The notes beneath the pieces were generated by a model, which was not told the DNA's origin, did not search any database, and worked only from the letters and a program-made list of their open reading frames with translations. The position numbers were made by a program, and so were the translations under genes. DNA of 64,000 nucleotides from Octopus sinensis (taxonomy: Eukaryota). The stretch lies in assembly GCF_006345805.1 (NCBI RefSeq), contig NC_042997.1:31930001-31994000 (forward strand). The letters run 5' to 3'. Below, piece after piece: positions 14,167 to 26,695 of this stretch; the stretch's first letter is position 1, and each line of letters starts with the position of its first letter.

Positions 14167-14242
14167 GATGCTTTCACAGTCAACCAGCATACATCCGAGG
14201 AGGGAGAGCTTTTGTTTGGCCTGGAATTCAGAAAATACAGAG
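14167..14242 (+). CDS. FLOT1: Flotillin-1 coding exon ('exon 2', 76 nt, phase 1 to 2): (G)CFHSQPAYIRGGRAFVWPGIQKIQ(R)
   Basis: Acceptor tttttttacag and donor AG|gtcagt. The peptide matches the flotillin-1 N-terminal segment (GGR-x-FVWP...Q-x-IQR) and its phase fits the next exon. Confidence 0.93.
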
Positions 14243-14290
14243 GTCAGTATCAATCTATCAATTATTTTTGTTAAACAAGCAGAATATATT

Positions 14291-14448
14291 TTAACCCTTT
14301 TTGAGACCAATTTTAAATTAAAACCATCACTTAAAACCATTAAATTAAAACCATCACTTAAATCCTTCTAAATTCTTGATTATTTTCAAAATTAATTATG
14401 ACTCATAGCCATTGTATTTCATTAGAAATAGTGCCATCAAAGGGTTAA
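14291..14448. mobile_element. Short TTAA-flanked piggyBac-like MITE
   Basis: ttaa ccctttttgag ... catcaaaggg ttaa. Confidence 0.55.
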
Positions 14449-14966
14449 CTTTTTTACTTTATATCTTTTATTATAATATTTATCAATTTAAACATTAGCT
14501 TTAATCTTAGATAAAATATAATTTTCTCCTTACTGTCTACCTTAAGGTAGATCAACCTGAGGTCTTTTCTTTAATCTTTTTTTTTAACTATAGTCTTAGT
14601 TACTTAGTATGATTTTCTCTGATTGGTTTAGAGGAGTAAGGGGTAAAAACGAAGAAATTACTGGTTCCATGTTTGTGTTATTTTTAGTTTATTGCTCCTG
14701 TCTATGAAAATAAAATTTGTTTTACATTAGTATAAAATGCATGATTTAAAACTACAACAGTATTCAACACTACAACTTTGAGAAAATACATCAGAGGAGT
14801 GTTCTGAATAATAGACATTGTAGGTTCCCACATATGTAATATCGTGAGTTGAAAAACTTCAGTCAGTTGAGACTATCCATACAATTAGTAGACAAAAACT
14901 CTATGGTTGTTTAAAATCTAAAAATAACAAATAAACCATGACAAACTGGAATAGTTTTGATTTTTT

Positions 14967-15194
14967 TTAACCCTTTAGTGTTTAAACCGGCCATATCTGT
15001 CCCAAATATTCTACATGTTTTATATTTGAACTAGCCATAACTAGCCTCTCACATCTAACCTACAATGTCATTCTAAAAATAAACAATCACATCATTGAAA
15101 CCTCAAAGCTATAAGATAATTCATGAGTAATTCAAAACAATTTGAGTGGAAAAGTATTACATTTAACAGAGTAATCTGAACATTAAAGGGTTAA
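14967..15194. mobile_element. piggyBac-like MITE family E (copies at ~40768-40991, 58232-58459, 62188-62416)
   Basis: TTAA target sites with ccctttag...taaaggg TIRs and a shared ~225 nt body. Confidence 0.8.
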
Positions 15195-15639
15195 AGCCAT
15201 CTGGTGAAAGTAATGTGTTTTGGTATGGTTTTCAATAACAAATCTGATAATGTTAAGTATCATCAGTTGAGGGTTAAAGATCAGATCCACTCTAGTTTTC
15301 ATTATCTATATTGTCCAATGTCAAGGTGGCGAGCTGGCAGAAACGTTAGAGCGCCAGGCGAAATGCTTAGTGGTATTTCGTCTGTCATTACGTTCTGAGT
15401 TCAAATTCCGCCGAAGTCGACTTTGCCTTTCATCCTCTCGGGGTCGATAAAGTACCAGTTTCGCACTGAGTTGATGTAATCGACTTAATCCCTTTGTCTG
15501 TCCTTGTTTGTCCCCTCTTTGTTTAGCCCCTTGTGGGTAGTAAAGAAATATATATTGTCCAACCTCACTGTCTTCAATTTGGTTTATGTGCCTCTCCCCA
15601 CCTGTAGTCATGAATGTTGGGTACAATCATGAATACATG

Positions 15640-16010
15640 CAGCTAAAAATGAGGTTCCTCCAAAGGATCTCTGGAATAGTGTTATTCAACAAGGGTGCAT
15701 AGCTCAGGGAGCAGGGAGTCTCTGCAGGTCAAGCCACTACTTCTCCCCATTTGTTAAGTCACAGCTCCTGTACTACAAACATGTGATTAGAATATTGCAG
15801 AAAACAATTGCAAGATGGATTTTTCAAGCTGATCCAGCCAGCAAGAGCCCTAGAATAAGACAATTAAACACAGTCTGTTAGTCACGCTTAGGGATCTAAC
15901 TGAAAAGTGTAATAACTTCTGATAGGACCCTATGGAAGAAATGCCTAAGGACTCTACTTTCTCAACCCTTTCCCGGAATAGTGGGTAGAGAAAATGGATG
16001 GATGGATGAT
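15640..16010 (+). mobile_element. Degenerate RTE-clade LINE 3' end
   Basis: Interrupted translation AAKMRFLQRISGIV...SQLL..KHVIR..; ends in a (ggat)n tail. Confidence 0.55.
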
Positions 16011-19000
16011 CTTACTGCAGTCATCTCCCTTGCTTGTTTTTACATTTTTAAACACCTCTAGAGGGAGTTTTTGTCTAATTGCTTGTATAGTCTGTCAATG
16101 TTTTTCAGCTCACTACATTTACAGTATTCAACTTGTTCATAACATAATTACTAGATTGCATTTCTCTTGATCTTTTGTTATTTTTAGTGTTAAGTAAAAC
16201 CATAGATGTCCAAGACACAAAAGCACCAGACTAAATGCATTATAGTACTTTGTTTCTTCCCTTCCTTTTCTGAGTTCAAATGCCATTCATGTCTGCTTTC
16301 TTTCATCACCCTCTTGTTTTAAGAAAATAAGCACCATTTAAATCTGCAAGAATCAATTTGATAGATTATCTCATCGCTTTGCTCTCCTCTTTTAGACAAA
16401 TTGGCCTTGTATCATTCAAAAAAAAAAAAACAATTAAAAATAATTAGTGTTATTTAATTTGAAGACAGTGATGTAGCAGAATCACTGAAGCACTGAAGTA
16501 AAAGCTTTTTTTGTATTTAGTTTCATTGCTCTATATACGTAAAAAATCTTTGCTTCTGTCATCTTGTCTACTGTTATGCACCACTACCACCACCATCATC
16601 ATCATCATCAACATTTAACATTCACTTTCCATGCTGACATGGGTTGGATGGATTGACAAAAAGTGGCAAGGCCAAAGGCCACTCTAGGTTCTATAGTCTG
16701 TTTCCATGGCTGGGTATTCTAGTGTACTAAGTGTTTCTATAAAATATCAGTAGCAGCCTGTCTCTTATATGAGAAAGATATCATTAGTACTATTCAGACC
16801 TGTTGTCAGGTCAGGTCTGATGTATGCAGCATCGGATCCTACTACTGGTAAACTGTAAACCAGTACAACCTGTGTCAGTGGGGTAGAAAGGGCTCCTTAG
16901 CCGTAGTGAAGGCAATCTGTCTAGGGAGATAACCTTACAATAAATTACTCGGTCTGTAGCTTAGAAATACTGGGTTGACATCCAGTGGGAACAGCTTTGT
17001 TTCATGGAGGAGGAAAGACCTTCTTTAGTGCTTGGTTGTACAATGCTTTCTAATGTGTGTAGTAGCGGCGCACGCACACATTATTAGCCATTTGAAAAGA
17101 CTATGGAGTCTCGACCACAGTCGAACAATGATGATGATGACTATTCAAAACCCAGTTAAAATAATTTAATGTCTTAAAGAAGACAGTGGATGTCAAAATC
17201 AGTCGAACACAAGAAGTTTTGGAAACGGTTTATGTACCTTTGCATTTTGAGTTCAAACACTACTGAGGTTTGCTTTACCATTCATTCTTCAATGGAGTTG
17301 ATAAACTAAGTTCCAGCCATTGTTTAGTCTTAGGTCAACCCTGACCCAACAGACCAGTGATCAACGACCATAACCATCTCATTTTTCTATTGGGAAAAGG
17401 TTATCAACTGTGCCTTTTTCTAAGACAGTGGGTGTAATTTGAGGGTGATTTGGCTGTTCCTAGCAGGTGGTTTGATCTTAACTATAACCTCCACTTCAGG
17501 CGGTGAGCTGGCAGAAACGTTAGCGCGCCGGACGAAATGCTTAGTGGTATTTCGTCTGTCGTTACATTCTGTGTTCAAATTCCGCCGGGGTCAACTTTGC
17601 CTTTCATCCTCCTGGGGTCGATAAATTAAGTACCAGTTACGCACTGGGGGTCGATGTAATCGACTTAATACCTATGTCTGTCCTTGTTTAGCCCCTTGTG
17701 GGCAATAAAAAAATATATAACCTCCACTTCAAAATTTGCAACCTTCCTTTTGATTAGTGGAAAAAAAAAGGTAAAACAGCAGATATTGTAAGATTGGATA
17801 AAAGATGGTTTGATGGTCTTTGTTTTATAGGCCTACTGGGTCAGGGGATGGGTGATATGGCACTGAACAAAAACAAAGAAAATATTTGAAGAAAAATGTA
17901 AGCAGTAGGTGGTAGAATGTTATATATGCTTGTTAGCCACTTGATATCTTTCAACCTTTCTGCTTTTGTAGGAGTGACAACTTAGGTATGTAAAGACTTT
18001 GAATAGTAAAAGATTGTTAGGGCCAAGTGGAGCGGTTGGTGTCAGTGACTGGATGACCTGGGTTGCTGGTTGTTTGTTGAAGCCATTGTTGTGGTTGGAG
18101 TAAATTATAAACAGATTAGATCTAGGAAGAAACTTGAATTGAGGCAACTATTATTTTAATGTAAATATCATATAACCTAAAAATAAACATAGAAATAAGA
18201 TTACTTGAGATAATTTCATTTGTAATGCTCTGATATCTTTGTTGTTTAGCCCCGGGTTGTCATGATCCAGGAGATGTATGTTCTAGCCAAGATCACACCA
18301 CACTTTGTTCTTCACTCTGTGTATCTTTGGTTATATTATCTAATGTGTCCCCTTTTTCTTTTTTCAAAGCAGTAAAATGTGACTTGAAAGAGTTTTGGCT
18401 GCTTTTTCTAATTGGTCAAAGATCCCCATCTTCTCCTCTTTATTAACAGACAGAGATGGTCTGGTGTTGAAAACGCTGTTGCCATTGAGTGAAAAGGCTG
18501 ACTGCAAAAATAGATTTTATCTTTGTCTTAGAAATTGCAGCTGTTTAATTTGATAAGGTACTTGGCTACAAGCTGAAGGTTCGAGAATTCATATCCTGTC
18601 ACCAGTATGACTGCACCAAGTAGATGGCTGAGGTACTTAACTTTCATAGTTATAAATAGCTATTATGAATACATTCTGAAGGTGCACTGTAGTATAACTT
18701 CATATGCTCACAGTGTTAATTAAATTTTCTATACTTTTAAGGTCTTCTTTTGTAGTTGTTTGTATGTGTGAGGGAGAGTGAGAGAGAGAAAGGAGTTGGT
18801 GCTTAACACTACGTTTTGCTTGGTCCCCTTACCTGTTTTTGTCTGGTACAAATTATAGCTTTGAGATTCAGGAGTTAGTTTTCGGTTGAGTGATTCTGGA
18901 TTCACTCCCACTGTATAGCATGTTTGACCAGAGCCTTGTAATTTAGCTTGAATCAACTGAAGCCTTGAGTGAAATACAGTCAATGGAAAATGCATAGATT

Positions 19001-20784
19001 ATATGTGTTCTTTGCTGTTGGATTTGACCCTTCCTTCAGTTTAAGCCATTATATGCAGAGTCCATTCTGCTGTAAACAGCCTGATGATGACCTACGAAGC
19101 ATGGTTTCTTTGTTTCCCACTGTCTTAGAAGTCCTGCAAAATGCTCATTAGTGCTGCTTTTCTTCTCTTGACTAATCAATAAAGGGACCCCGTTTCTACT
19201 TCGCTATAATATTGATTTTGAATAGTTTTGTGAGCTTAGTCCATGATAGAAACATTCGCACATAACCTTTGCTCCTTGTTTACCAGTTTTATCGCTACCA
19301 TGTCAAAACATATTTGAGATGGATAAATCTTTATCTTTAGCCACATTGATTTAATAGAAATTAATCACTTCTTTAGAGAGATTTCATTTAAGTCCCCACT
19401 CCATCATTCAGTTATAGTAATATAAATTGTGAAATTCTTTTTTTCCCCCAAAATCTCTGCTTGTCATTTTGTCAGTCTTCTTGGTAGTAATTGTCAATAA
19501 ATATAGAAAAATAACCTACGACTTAAGAAAAAAATTTTGTTCAGTAAACCTTCCTCTCTCTCTCTCTCTCTGTCTTCCTTGCACTTTCTCTCACGCGCTT
19601 TCTCAGTCTCTCTCTTGCTCTCTTTCTCTTTCTTCAGTTGGACACTCAAATATTCTACAACCTCTTCAAGCACTCAAAGACCTCCTTGCAAACCTAGCTC
19701 TCAAGCAGTAATATTTCCTGTCAAGGATTTGTTTATGATATCTCTATTTGCAGGCAAGAGCATTTAGTACAAGATTCCTCTTCGGGTTTTCACAACTTAG
19801 CTTCAATTACTCTTAATTCTGTATTGGGCATTCCGTGAAAAATAATGTCATTGGTTTACTGCTTTTCCGGTAAGAGTGACAAGGGAGTGTCTACATCTTC
19901 AGCGCAATAAATACACAGTATTTTTGCTCAAATGCACCTGTTTCCTTGCTCACCAATATACATTGCTGAAAGGTGTGTGTGTTTGTGTCCCTCAGTATAC
20001 ATGTGTGTCTGTGTGTTTAGAGATACAGGCATGGCTTGGTGGCTTCATAATCTCATGGTTTTGAGCTTAGTCTCTTTCCATGGCACCTTGGGCAAATGTC
20101 TTCTATGATAGCCCTAGGCTGACCAATGTGTTATGAGTGAATTTGGTAAACCATAATTGTGTTGTAGCCCATATATGTGTGTGTCCTTGTATTTATCTCT
20201 CATTGCCTAACAACGGTGCTGGTTTGTTTATGTCCTTTTGACTTAGTGATTTAGCAATGAGTGACCAATAGAATAAATATCAAACTTGAAAAATAAAAAA
20301 AAAAATTTTTCAAAAAATAGCACAATTAAACCCTCCAAGTTGATGCTTCAGAATGGCTGCAGTTCACTGACTGAAATAAGTAAAACAATAAAAGAATATA
20401 TAATCAGCGTCTGCCTACATTATGTTGACCTCATCTCACTTACTAGGTATTGGTCCGCCTAAGGCTAAGGTAGAAATCGTCATCTACTTCACCAAGTTGT
20501 TGCAAATAGATAGTGTGGCTTGCATAGTTATAATATAAACATTACCTGCAATAAATTATCTTCTCCAGGGAGAGATCTTCTTATCTGCATAGCTGAGCAT
20601 TGGGCTTAAAGTGGTATTTACCTTTCGCTTATATATTCTTTATTCCATCATTAGGCAACATACATACAATATCTGTAGCCCAAGAAGTAGATTGAGTTGT
20701 GCTTAATTGGTTAATTATAAAACACTTTGTCAGATTTTTCTTGCAACTCCATATATGCTTCTTAATTTACTTGTCAGGTCTTTA

Positions 20785-21013
20785 TTAACCCTTTCATTAC
20801 CAACCCGGCCAAAACCGGCTCTGGCTCTGTAGTACAAATGTCTTGTTTTCATAAGTTTTGAATTAAAATATTCCACCAAGCCTTAGTCACAATTTATGTT
20901 CCTAACACTAGCTGAATGATAACTAAGTTATTTTACTAAATTCTTTGTTATATTTAAAGTAATTGAAAGAAACACAGAGCATCTCAAAATAAATACAGTA
21001 ACGAAAGGGTTAA
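20785..21013. mobile_element. piggyBac-like MITE family D (second copy 47361-47588)
   Basis: ttaa ccctttcattac ... gtaacgaaaggg ttaa; the two copies are near-identical. Confidence 0.82.
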
Positions 21014-21629
21014 ACAAAATTGCGTTGGGCAAAGAATAGCAAATTGAACCTAGTGTGAGTCTGTGCGCACAGGTACATGTATATGCTTAGGACCACCTTT
21101 GGTCATGATTGACCATGGGATTGCACCTAGAAAGTTTGCCTCCTAGGCAGAAGTCCAGGCAAGGTTGTTTTGTGGAAGATCGGCAGTTGCCCATGTATAC
21201 CAGCTTCCTTTCTCCATGCCACTGATGTTATCTAAGGGAAAGGCAAAAGCCGAAACAGCTGAGTGAACTGGAGCAATGTGAAATAAAGTGGAATAAATTG
21301 AACCCACAATCATGTGATTGAGAAGCAAGCATCTTACCACACAGCCACATGTGTGCCCATCTTATTTGTGAAACAAATGAGCATTTATTGCTGAAACCTT
21401 TCAAAGTACTTCAGCTTTATTCAATGCTGTGTTGTTTAGCCCCAGGACAGTCCTGGTTGAGCAGACATATGATTAAAGACATTCTTACCTCAATCATTCA
21501 ATCTTTCTTTGTATCCAAAAGCAAATTATTTCAAGTACCATCCCTTTTACTAAACAGTAGAATGGAATTTAAGGAACATTTGACTTATTTCTAGCATGTC
21601 AAACAACCACAATCTCTCATATGTTAAGT

Positions 21630-21995
21630 GAACCAGCTGATCGTGGCCGTTGCCAGCGCCGCTCCAACTGGCCTCCATGCCGGTGGCACGTAAAAAGCAC
21701 CATCCGATCGTGGCCATTGCCAACCTCGACTGGCTCCCATGCCGGTGGCACGTAAAAAGCACCATCCAACCGTGGCCGTTTGCCAGCCCCGTCTGGCACC
21801 TGTGCCTGTGGCACGTAAAAAGCACCCACTACACTCACGGAGTGGTTGGCGTTAGGAAGGGCATCCAGCTGTAGAAATACTGCCAGATCAGACTGGGCCT
21901 GGTGCAGCCTCCTGGCTTCCCAGACCCCAGTTGAACCGTCCAACCCATGCTAGCATGGAAAGCGGATGCTAAACGACGACGATGATGATGATGAT
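21630..21995 (+). mobile_element. Family C retroelement
   Basis: Reverse-complement copy of 13294-13735 ending in (gat)n. Confidence 0.8.
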
Positions 21996-22547
21996 TATTA
22001 TTATCATTATTATTATTTCTGCTTCTGCTACTGGTACATTGATTAAAAATTAAAGCAATGAAATTGTAGCATTTTTCTCTTTCTTCTATAATAGCAAATA
22101 TTAATTACTTTGATTAAACTTCTATCTTTGAATATTCTCTACTGAATTGGGAGACTCTTTGGCTGTCACCAAATAAGGTACTTCCTTTGTCATGCTCTTA
22201 AATGCATACTGCTAGAGCTAAACTACATTTCTGTCTCCTAACTAGTTGCTGTAATGTTATTTCCTTTTCTCTTTCTCACAGTACATGAATACACATTCTT
22301 ATAAGTGTGCATGCATATTTACATGTAAGCATGTTCGTTTGCTTGCTTGTACAAATGTTAGAAGAAAAACTTGTTTCATCCTGGGAATCTTTCTGATGTG
22401 GGAAATAAAACAAGTAAAAATAAAGCTTTGTTGTTCAAACATCTAAAGTGAAAATCTATATAGAACTGGTATTGTTCAGAGAATCCTTATTAGATTTTAA
22501 TGTAAACATGACATAGGTTAATAGGTTATATTTTTAACTTTCACTAA

Positions 22548-22772
22548 GGCGGCGAGCTGGCAGAAACGTTAGCAGGCCGGGCGAAATGCGTAGCCGTATT
22601 TCGTCTGTCGTTACGTTGTGAGTTCAAATTCCGCCGAGGTCGACTTTGCCTTTCATCCTTTCGGGGTCGATAAATGAAGTACCAGTTAGGCACTGGGGTC
22701 GATGTAATTGACTTAACCCCTTTGTCTGTGCTTGTTTGTCCCCTCTGTTTAGCCCCTTGTAGGCAATAAAGG
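22548..22772 (+). mobile_element. Family B SINE (other copies ~15327-15550, 17499-17715, 56170-56400 on +; ~40200-40560 and 45345-45560 on -)
   Basis: ggcggcgagctggcagaaacgttagc...gagttcaaattccgccgaggtcgactttgcctttcatcctttcggggtcgataaa...agccccttgt; repeated with high similarity. Confidence 0.85.
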
Positions 22773-23318
22773 CATATATATTTCTAACTTTCTCCATAAA
22801 ATAAACAGTAGGATCCTCAAGAACTAGTGGTCAGCTTGCATTTACTAAGTACACAAAGGGTTTTGTTTTTTGTTTTGAGTGAAGGACAGATTGTATGATG
22901 CTTGTGTATGAAGTATAATGCTGCATGGTTGTGAATCATGAGCTTTGAATGCAGATTATTTGTGAAAGTTAGAAAGAAATTAGATGTGTAATGTTATTGT
23001 GCATGAATGATGGGACACAAATGAACTGAGAGAAAAACTGAACATAATCAAATGGAGTATGCAAGAGAGAGTACTACATTGATATTCCTGGTGTGTACGA
23101 GGAATATCAGGTGTATAAAGATGTGCTAGCACTTGAAGTGGGCAGAACTTGTGCAAGAGAGAGACCTAAGAAAACATTGCATAAAGTAGGCAAGACTGAT
23201 CCCAAGAATCTGAGCCTCATAAAGGGCTGGCAAAGAGCTGTGACATGTTGATACATAGGGCTGCAGAAGACTATTTATCCACGCAAGCAGAGTGGTGGTA
23301 ATAGGGGTGACAATGTAT

Positions 23319-23476
23319 GAGTGGCTGTGTGGTAAGTAGCTTGCTAACCAACCACATGGTTCCGGGTTCAGTCCCACTGCATGGCATCTTGGGCAAGTGT
23401 CTTCTGCTATAGCCCCGGGCCGACCAATGCCTTGTGAGTGGATTTGGTAGACGGAAACTGAAAGAAGCCTGTCGTA

Positions 23477-23540
<64 letters not shown>

Positions 23541-23732
23541 CTGTGTTTGTCCCCCTAGCATTGCTTGACAACCGATACTGGTGTGTTTACGTCCCCGTCA
23601 CTTAGCGGTTCGGCAAAAGAGACCGATAGAATAAGTACTGGACTTACAAAGAATAAGTCCCGGGGTCGATTTGCTCGACTAAAGGCAGTGCTCCAGCATG
23701 GCCGCAGTCAAATGACTGAAACAAGTAAGAGT
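23319..23732 (+). mobile_element. Family A tRNA-derived SINE with internal (TA)n
   Basis: A/B-box-like head (tggctgtgtgg ... ggttcagtcc), body gcatcttgggcaagtgtcttctgctatagcc, tail ...ccagcatggccgcagtcaaatgactgaaacaagta. Confidence 0.85.
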
Positions 23733-24005
23733 ATTTGAGTCTTTTGCTTATGTTCCTGTTAAATCTTCTTTTGCCCCCCCCCATCTCTTTGTTACACTTT
23801 CATCTTGCTCTTGTCTTCTCTCCTATTCTCCCTATTACACTGCATATGTTTTTATATTCAATTCCTCCCCTTTAACTTTTATCATTCTACTCTTCCACCA
23901 CAAGGATGGCATCATATCTTTCCATATTCTATATTTCCTACTATCACCCTTCGTTTTACAGCCATAACTCTCTCTCTCTCTGTCTGTCTGTGTGTGTGTG
24001 TGTGG

Positions 24006-24073
<68 letters not shown>

Positions 24074-24523
24074 CTGTGTTTGTCCCCCTAGCATTGCTTG
24101 ACAACCGATACTGGTGTGTTTACGTCCCCGTCACTTAGCGGTTCGGCAAAAGAGACCGATAGAATAAGTACTGGACTTACAAAGAATAAGTCCCGGGGTC
24201 GATTTGCTCGACTAAAGGCAGTGCTCCAGCATGGCCGCAGTCAAATGACTGAAACAAGTAAGAGTATTTGAGTCTTTTGCTTATGTTCCTGTTAAATCTT
24301 CTTTTGCCCCCCCCCCCATCTCTTTGTTACACTTTCATCTTGCTCTTGTCTTCTCTCCTATTCTCCCTATTACACTGCATATGTTTTTATATTCAATTCC
24401 TCCCCTTTAACTTTTATCATTCTACTCTTCCACCACAAGGATGGCATCATATCTTTCCATATTCTATATTTCCTACTATCACCCTTCGTTTTACAGCCAT
24501 AACTCTCTCTCTCTCTGTCTGTC

Positions 24524-24568
<45 letters not shown>

Positions 24569-24580
24569 TATATATATCTA
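23500..24580. repeat. Near-perfect ~533 nt tandem duplication with junctions in (TG)n(TA)n tracts
   Basis: ctgtgtttgtccccctagc at 23541 and 24074; the copies differ essentially only in homopolymer and microsatellite lengths. Confidence 0.9.
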
Positions 24581-25924
24581 TTTTTAACATGCACTATTAC
24601 CTGTCTCTATTTTTATTCCTCACTCACTCCATCTTAGTATCAACATATTCATTACTGTCCTTCACACTCTTCCTTTTTTCTCTCTCTGAAGACACAGACA
24701 TTCATTACTTTCTCTTCTATTAGTCTTCCTTGATATACATCACTCTCCTTCACTTCCATCACTCCATTTCTCTTTATCATTTACTAAAAACCTATAGCTT
24801 ACCTGTCTATCACTGCATCTCTTTCATCACTCTGCTTCCCTCTTTGTCACTACACTTCTTCTAGTTATTGAAGAAGTGGAAACAACATAGAATGAAGAGG
24901 ACTTCTTAGTTTTGCAGAAAACAAGGTAACTTCTCTAAAGCTGGTGCTGTTATGAAATGCACCCAGTACACTGTAAAATAGTTGAGCAAGATGCATTCCT
25001 TTAGCTCAACCAAATAAGAACTGGCTTGGACCCATGACAATCCATTTACCCATCTCAGTTTTGAAAGCAGACATAAAATTGTGGTAATTGAAACCTTTAT
25101 TCACTATTACAAATGTTTGCCCCTTTTATTTGTATCATTCCCCTTATAAATGCTGTTGATTTGTTTCCATTAAAGCGTTTGTCATTTGTGGCTGTCATCA
25201 GGTGTGATAGTGTGGAGAATACTTTTAAAGACTATATAATCAATTGGAGAGGAAGGGGGGGGGGGCTTTTCTTTATTGATTTTTTTTTTTCATTTGTTGT
25301 ATTTTTGTATTTTTTGTTTGTTTTTTTCATTTTCTTTGAGTTGTTTGCAAAACTAAGTGTTTCCATTAAAAGTTAACTCATTCAGATGTTTTAATGAATT
25401 GATTAAGTAAGTTACTAGATGTCCTACAGATAAAGAGATGGGTAATGTGTCTATCTAAGACTGCTTATTTGCTATTCGTCAATTTACACCACTAATCTTG
25501 TATTATATTGCTTTTGCTCACTCACACACACACACACACACAAATATTACGTGTGTGCATGTGTGTGTTTTTGTGTATTTGTCTTCTGTCATCTTCTAAA
25601 TAGTGCTTTTGTGCAGATATACAAAGTCATGTGAAAGTCGATAAAAAGTAGACTCGTACATTTTATTGTCTTCAACGACGTCTTTGTGTGTCTAAACAAA
25701 AACACTCATTAGAAAATATACGCTCAATATTCGATACTGTGTTTTACCCATTACAAAAATAGAAGAAACATTTAAAATTAAACTACATATATGTATATAT
25801 ATATATATATTATCATCATCATCATCGTTTAACGTCCGCTTTCCATGCTAGCATGGGTTGGACGGTTCAACTGGGGTCTGGGGAACCCGAAGGCTGCACC
25901 AGGCCAGTCAGATCTGGCAGATCT

Positions 25925-25964
<40 letters not shown>

Positions 25965-25994
25965 TCAAAATAAAAACATGATTCAAAGGATTTA

Positions 25995-26082
25995 GCGGTA
26001 CATATGTTTCGGGCCTTTATTAGACGGTTTTATAACAATGCATAATTGATGTAAATGTGTGTCTATGGCCTTCTTCAGCCGC
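25995..26082 (-). ncRNA. Minimal type I hammerhead ribozyme motif with an extended stem II
   Basis: Minus strand: gcgg CTGAAGA a ggcc a tagac ... gtcta ataaa ggcc c GAAA c atat g TA ccgc. Confidence 0.55.
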
Positions 26083-26212
26083 ATACAATTACTACTTCAA
26101 GGACATATATTACATTATAAGTTTTACGTTGGGGATGCAAATCCTCATAGTCGCGTACGACAAAGTGGGACACCAATACAAAATCGAAGCGTCCATCCCG
26201 CTTTTCACTCGA

Positions 26213-26276
<64 letters not shown>

Positions 26277-26373
26277 TAATTCAGATTCAGTTGAATTAGG
26301 TACTTAAGTTGAAACACCAAGTCAGTCCGGTATTAATCCACACAGCTTGAAGTAAGGTGAATAAAATGAAAAG

Positions 26374-26578
26374 AAGCAACAGGATATCAAGGACAATCAT
26401 TTTAAGTGGGTCTATTTAATTGAACAATGCAATCATGACATCAATTTAAATGCAGTGTCTGCCATTCATTTCTGCAGCTGAAGATGGCACTGCATCGAAA
26501 TTGATATGATTGCATTTTTCAATTAAATGGACCGCTTGAAACAGTCATATTGCAGTATTACTTGATATCATGTTGCTT
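26374..26578. repeat. Imperfect palindromic (foldback) element
   Basis: aagcaacaggatatcaag/cttgatatcatgttgctt, atttaattgaa/ttcaattaaat and aatgcaatcat/atgattgcatt arms. Confidence 0.75.
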
Positions 26579-26695
26579 ATTTTGAGATATATATATATAA
26601 ATATATATGTAGGTAGGTAGGTAGCTATATATAAATATTGTCATTGTATCATATATCCAAAGAAGAAGCACACTCTAAAGCATAGAGCAGTAACG

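Noticed and set aside
17920-18147. Possible Penelope-like ORF remnant on the minus strand
   Set aside because: Similarity is only impressionistic across frameshifts; too weak to call without a search.
18833-18963. Possible antisense exon with a CAG|gtaagg donor (LQLIQAKLQGSGQTCYTVGVNPESLNRK...)
   Set aside because: No recognisable homology and no consistent chain of partner exons. Such sites are expected by chance in 64 kb.
19638-19753. Sense-strand cryptic exon after a (CT)n tract, open in the FLOT1 frame
   Set aside because: It ends at a GC donor in phase 1, incompatible with exon 3 (phase 2). The pyrimidine tract is a microsatellite.
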